DNA of 64,000 nucleotides from an uncultured Candidatus Saccharibacteria bacterium (GTDB lineage Bacteria; Patescibacteriota; CAZHWT01): NCBI GenBank assembly GCA_964554805.1, contig CAZKPX010000004.1, positions 72,439 to 136,438 of the forward strand, read 5' to 3'. Shown piece by piece: positions 60,153 to 64,000 of this stretch (position 1 is its first letter; each line of letters starts with the position of its first letter). The notes under the pieces were generated by a model. It saw only the letters and a program-made list of their open reading frames with translations, ran no database searches and was not told where the DNA came from. The position numbers and the translations under genes were made by a program.

Positions 60153-60909
60153 GATTTTCTCCTGCAACAACAGCCTTATCGCTAGCTAAGACACCGATCA
60201 TCTGTAAAAGATAAAGTTTAATAAATAACAACAACAGACACAAGCCTAGAATGAGGGCATAAAAGGCATCCCAAGCCAACCAGAGAGCTACTATGCTAAT
60301 AATGGCGCAGATAATAATCAGTAGATGTCCGGTCTGGAAGATTGCCATCCTACCGTAGCGGCCTAGAGCTGCTTTTGTGTTTGATGTAGCTGCTTGGTCT
60401 GCTTGAAGCAAGGCCAAGTCGACCAGAGGGGCAATATTCTGATTTACTACAGTAACTTCAGTCACAAAGGCATGCTGAAAACTCTTTATTTCAATATTTT
60501 CTGGGTTGAGAAAACTGGGCTGGTGATACTGGCTTTTGGTAGCTTTAATCAGATATCGCCCCGGCTTTAGGGGGAATCCGTACTGCCCCTTATTGTTGGA
60601 ATAGGTGGTGCGAAGGACTTTTTGGGTGGTGGCATCGATGAGCTCTATAGCTACCAAGGATAATGGTTTGTCTGATGTTTGGCTGGTGCAAATACCCCAA
60701 ACTGGTGGAGCTTTTTTCAGACCAAGTTTGGATAAAAAGCGGCTAATGGCATAAGCTGGTAGGTCCCAATAGGATCGAACGGGTAGACGGAGTTCAAGCA
60801 GTAGGGCGGCGAAGACTAATAACATGGCTACCAGAACTAAGACCTTGGCTTGTCCTTGTAGGAAAGCATTAAATTCCGGGCTGGTGAGGTAGGTAAAAAG
60901 CTGGTCCAT
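60145..60909 (-). CDS. Membrane protein with a central beta-rich (carboxypeptidase-regulatory-like) domain.
   Basis: An N-terminal TM helix, about 130 aa of soluble domain, and two C-terminal TM helices. Confidence 0.35.
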   Translation of the reverse strand: MDQLFTYLTSPEFNAFLQGQAKVLVLVAMLLVFAALLLELRLPVRSYWDLPAYAISRFLSKLGLKKAPPVWGICTSQTSDKPLSLVAIELIDATTQKVLRTTYSNNKGQYGFPLKPGRYLIKATKSQYHQPSFLNPENIEIKSFQHAFVTEVTVVNQNIAPLVDLALLQADQAATSNTKAALGRYGRMAIFQTGHLLIIICAIISIVALWLAWDAFYALILGLCLLLLFIKLYLLQMIGVLASDKAVVAGENHA

Positions 60910-60914
60910 AGGAT

Positions 60915-62507
60915 TTAGTCCGCCTGCTGGCGGGTTGGGTCTTGTTGATGGTTGTCTTCTTGATCGTTACTATTTTGATCTTCAGTGACTGGGAATAAGT
61001 CTGGATAAATCGATTTGGTTACTTCATCGGTCTCATGACGCATCTGAGGGAACGGCACGCCTTCGCGGGCAGTTACGCCCTCCAAGAGCCAGAAGAGACG
61101 TTCGGAGTGACCATAGCCGCAGGCAGGTGGCATTCCGTATTCCAGCATTTCGATGAAGTCAATATCTAACATCATAGCCTCATCATCTCCGGCGTCACGC
61201 ATGGCCTGTTGCTCCATAAAGCGGTTATACTGATCTACTGGATCATTAAGCTCTGAATAGGCCTTACAAGCTTCGGTTCCGCCTAACATCAGATTGAATT
61301 GCTCAGTTAAGCGAGGATCTTTGTCTTGGAGCTTAGCCAGGGGCTGCAGGAAATCAGGTACGTCAATCAGGAAAATAGGTCCGGCAATATCACCCCTAAC
61401 CAGCTTCCACAATTTATCAATCACCCTAGATCTGTTATCGATTTTGTCAGCGTGACCTCCGTGCTTATGCAATGCTTCGACCGCCTGCTCTAAAGTGCAG
61501 GTAAATACATCCAGGTCAAAGTTTTCTTTAATAATTTCAACAAAACTAATTCGTGGAAAGTCCTGACCGTCAGGACCCAAGTCTATCTGATGACCGTTGG
61601 CCAGTGTGAATTGGCGGGTTCCCCAGGTTTGATCAGCAATGTAACGAACCATATCCTGAGTTAATTTCATGCCGTCCTGCCAATTAGCATAAGCCCAATA
61701 CCACTCCATGGCTACGTGTTCGGGAAGGTGTTCGTCGGTGTATCCTTCGTTTCTAAAACGAGGGCCAATGTCAAAGACTTTTTCGTAACCGCCGCCGAGC
61801 AAACGCTTGAGCGGCAGCTCGTGGCTGATGCGTAGGTAGAAATCCTGATCTAAGGCGTTCATATGAGTGACGAAGGGGTTAGCGTCGGCTCCACCAGCAG
61901 TCTCCTCTAGAACCGGAATATTTATTTCGACAAACGCATTATCTAGCAAATACTGGCGAACTGCTTGCCAGAACTTGCTACGACGAATATATCGTTGGTA
62001 AACATCAGGGTTAATATTAGTATCCAAATAACGACGTCGGAGGCGAGTCTCTTTGTCTTTTAGTCCGTCCCAACTATTGGGCATTTGACGTAATGATTTG
62101 GTCAATAAACGTACAGCCGTTGTGTCGATGGAAATCTCGCCACGCTTGGTTTTGACAACTAGCCCTTTGGCTTCGATGAAATCCCCTAGATCGAGAAGGT
62201 TGAAATCGTCGTAAGCGAGTTGATTCTGGCTATGATCAGCTGTATTTAATTGTTCTTGTTTGAGGTAGAGTTGGACGGTGCCTGACTGATCCTTGAGATC
62301 AATGAAGGAAACCTTGCCGTGCCCGCGCATGGCCACAATGCGACCAGCTACGACGACTTCTTGACCTTCCAGTGCATCAAATTGGTCATGAACTGGTTGG
62401 ATATAGCTGGTGCGATAGCTTTCGGCTGGGTATGGACTAAGTCCTAGTTTTTGGAGGTCTTGAATTTTTTCTAAACGAACTTGGCGGAGCTCTCTGAGAG
62501 TAGACAT
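60915..62507 (-). CDS. lysS: Lysyl-tRNA synthetase (class II) with a polar C-terminal extension.
   Basis: An OB-fold N-terminal domain, class II motifs (FRNEGYTDEHLPEHVAMEWYWAY; GGTEACKAYSELNDP; GMPPACGYGHSERL), and an approximately 35-aa Q/D/N-rich tail. Confidence 0.9.
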   Translation of the reverse strand: MSTLRELRQVRLEKIQDLQKLGLSPYPAESYRTSYIQPVHDQFDALEGQEVVVAGRIVAMRGHGKVSFIDLKDQSGTVQLYLKQEQLNTADHSQNQLAYDDFNLLDLGDFIEAKGLVVKTKRGEISIDTTAVRLLTKSLRQMPNSWDGLKDKETRLRRRYLDTNINPDVYQRYIRRSKFWQAVRQYLLDNAFVEINIPVLEETAGGADANPFVTHMNALDQDFYLRISHELPLKRLLGGGYEKVFDIGPRFRNEGYTDEHLPEHVAMEWYWAYANWQDGMKLTQDMVRYIADQTWGTRQFTLANGHQIDLGPDGQDFPRISFVEIIKENFDLDVFTCTLEQAVEALHKHGGHADKIDNRSRVIDKLWKLVRGDIAGPIFLIDVPDFLQPLAKLQDKDPRLTEQFNLMLGGTEACKAYSELNDPVDQYNRFMEQQAMRDAGDDEAMMLDIDFIEMLEYGMPPACGYGHSERLFWLLEGVTAREGVPFPQMRHETDEVTKSIYPDLFPVTEDQNSNDQEDNHQQDPTRQQAD

Positions 62508-62683
62508 AGTGTTATTCCTGGTAGCTGAGGCCTAATAATACTGCTTCAGGGAGTAATTTTCAACACCCAGCCCAAAACTATACTGTTTTATAGTCGGGTT
62601 AAGAGCATTATGTCTACCCTCGTCTCTTGCTAGCGGTGTTATACTTTAGCCAAGTTTTGAGAGATGGATGCAAGGAGAGTGTC

Positions 62684-62998
62684 ATGCCCGTGGTCAATTT
62701 GTGGCTTGCCTGCTTGATCTTTGTGACCTTAATGGTGGCGCTGTGCTGCCTGCCGCGTCGGTCAATGTCTGTAGCCATGCGACGATTGGAGGATTCCTTT
62801 TGGTTGTCAGATTTTCTGACATTTCCGCTGGTCCCATTGGCTCCGTTCAACCGACGGGCCAAGATGAGCAGGCCGATAATCGAGCCATCGTCTGCCAATC
62901 GAGAGCATCTCTCGCTGGTGGAGTTTTATAGAAAGGTGCCTGATCAGGATATTTATTCAACTCGGCTGACAGTTTTGCCGGATCGCAGACTTGACTGA
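62684..62998 (+). CDS. Small membrane protein (the only plausible plus-strand gene in the 570-bp lysS-greA spacer).
   Basis: An AAGGAGA RBS lies 5 nt upstream of the ATG at 62684. It has an N-terminal TM helix, and the terminator hairpin at 63026-63051 is followed by a T-rich tract on the plus strand. Confidence 0.4.
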   Translation: MPVVNLWLACLIFVTLMVALCCLPRRSMSVAMRRLEDSFWLSDFLTFPLVPLAPFNRRAKMSRPIIEPSSANREHLSLVEFYRKVPDQDIYSTRLTVLPDRRLD

Positions 62999-63025
62999 GG
63001 AGAATCTTAGCGAGGAGAAATCAAC

Positions 63026-63051
63026 AATAGCCGACGAATACTCGTCGGCTA
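63026..63051. terminator. Stem-loop terminator (possibly bidirectional) downstream of greA and of the 62684 gene.
   Basis: atagccgacg aatact cgtcggctat is a perfect 10-bp stem. The plus strand then reads TTGTCATTTTG. Confidence 0.5.
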
Positions 63052-63075
63052 TTTGTCATTTTGCGCAATACTCTA

Positions 63076-63540
63076 TTAGGCTACTTGCTTGATGGTGTAA
63101 GCAATAGTGCCTACAGGGGCGTCTACTTCTACTACTTCACCAACTTTCTTGCCTATGAGGGCTTGGCCTAGTGGTGAAGTGTGGGAAATCTTGGCGTTGG
63201 ATGGATCTGCTTCGGGCTCCCCGACTAAGGTAAGCGTCTCGTCATCGCCATCGATATGGACAACTACTTTTGAACCCAGCGATACGACATCGTTGTTGGT
63301 AGGTTGCTGAATAATTTGAGCTTTTTCGATAACTGCTTCCAACTCTTCGATTCGACCCTCGATAAAAGACTGCTGTGATCGAGACTGGTCGTAGAGTGAG
63401 TTTTCGCTTAAGTCGCCTAGTTCGCGAGCTCGCTTAATAGCCTCAGTTACTTCAACCCGCTTAACAGTAATCAGTTCGTGCAGCTCGGCCTTAAGTCTAT
63501 CCAAGCCTTCTTGAGTTATAACAATTGCGTCCTTATTCAT
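63076..63540 (-). CDS. greA: Transcription elongation factor GreA.
   Basis: MNKDAIVITQEGLDRLKAELHEL... and a C-terminal FKBP-like domain. About 155 aa from the internal Met. The upstream ORF extension runs through the heptamer repeat leader. Confidence 0.9.
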   Translation of the reverse strand: MNKDAIVITQEGLDRLKAELHELITVKRVEVTEAIKRARELGDLSENSLYDQSRSQQSFIEGRIEELEAVIEKAQIIQQPTNNDVVSLGSKVVVHIDGDDETLTLVGEPEADPSNAKISHTSPLGQALIGKKVGEVVEVDAPVGTIAYTIKQVA

Positions 63541-63685
63541 ATGATAACCATCCTTTTTTGTCGCAGCTGTAGCTAAAAATAATAAGGCGACTACTGAACG
63601 CCAATTTACAGCTGTAATCGACTGAATTATAGGCAGTCGTCTCAACCTTGTCAATTCATCAAAGATGGATTGACAAGGGCAAGCG

Positions 63686-63719
63686 GCGAGCGACGGGCGA
63701 CGGGCGACGAGTACGAGTA
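63686..63719 (+). repeat. GCGACGG/GCGACGA heptamer tract plus GTACGAG repeats in the greA leader.
   Basis: gcgagcgacgggcgacgggcgacgagtacgagta. Confidence 0.7.
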
Positions 63720-64000
63720 TTTTGAGCACCAAATTGCATTATAAATCTTGGGTACGTGACTAGATTAACTTTATTAAAATTACTTAGTGATCTTCGATAG
63801 ACTGGCTTGGGGCTGCCGATTTTTCGGGTTGATTATGGTCGACCACAGCTGGTTTCCAATTGAATAATGGCTTGTATTCAACTACGGCTCGGTAGGCGGC
63901 GATGTACATGGCGGCGTTCCAGCTTTGTTGGGCAATGCCCATTGGGGTAAAAAACTGGCCATGGAAGTATTCGTTGAATTGCCAATCGTTGATGGAGACT

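Noticed and set aside
62508-62683. T-box or L-box riboswitch in the lysS leader.
   Set aside because: No AGGGTGGNACCGCG-like T-box motif or L-box helices are recognisable on the leader strand.
63780-64000. Possible minus-strand gene running off the right edge.
   Set aside because: It is a partial frame only. There is too little sequence to call.

Overview
The window contains one large glycan-biosynthesis locus, a block of housekeeping genes, and one giant repetitive protein gene. It is a bacterial chromosomal segment in which the standard genetic code appears sufficient: prfB is present, there are long uninterrupted ORFs, and the stops I checked are TAA or TAG. Almost all genes lie on the minus strand.

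About 1.0-29.0 kb is a cell-surface glycan locus. It encodes a priming sugar-phosphotransferase, five GT4 and two GT2 glycosyltransferases, a Wzy-like polymerase and two Wzx-like flippases. It also encodes a pyruvyl-transferase-like protein, an F420H2-dehydrogenase-beta-like protein without cysteines, and FkbM and other SAM methyltransferases. Two tandem alkaline-phosphatase-superfamily membrane paralogs, RmlB, GalE, a NUDIX hydrolase and a Mur-ligase-family protein complete the set. A BrnT/BrnA toxin-antitoxin pair with its own sigma70-like promoter is embedded in it.

About 29-41 kb and 48-64 kb carry housekeeping genes: cmk, pyrG, tsaC, a VanZ-TsaE fusion, ftsE, ftsX, an EnvC-like M23 peptidase, prfB, tandem FKBP genes, secA, rluB, serS, lysS and greA.

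About 41.4-47.5 kb is a single 2022-aa gene for a repetitive surface-type protein, with a Pro/Thr/Glu-rich linker and an exact 255-bp in-frame tandem duplication.

The most unusual signal is a family of non-coding composite repeats (six copies, about 250-550 bp). Their long terminal inverted arms are built from GCAAAGG-type heptamers and a GACAAGA heptamer tract. They carry a conserved long-stem hairpin core, always in the same orientation, and one copy shows compensatory base changes. The copies sit at operon boundaries, replace divergent promoter regions, and donate KAKGKN tails to two coding sequences. A second heptamer microsatellite (GCGACGR) lies in the first 20 codons of two glycan-modification genes and in the leaders of four minus-strand operons, which suggests slipped-strand phase variation. 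I found no rRNA, tRNA, CRISPR array, transposase or integrase. Coordinates of repeats and refined gene starts were counted by hand and are approximate to a few bases.
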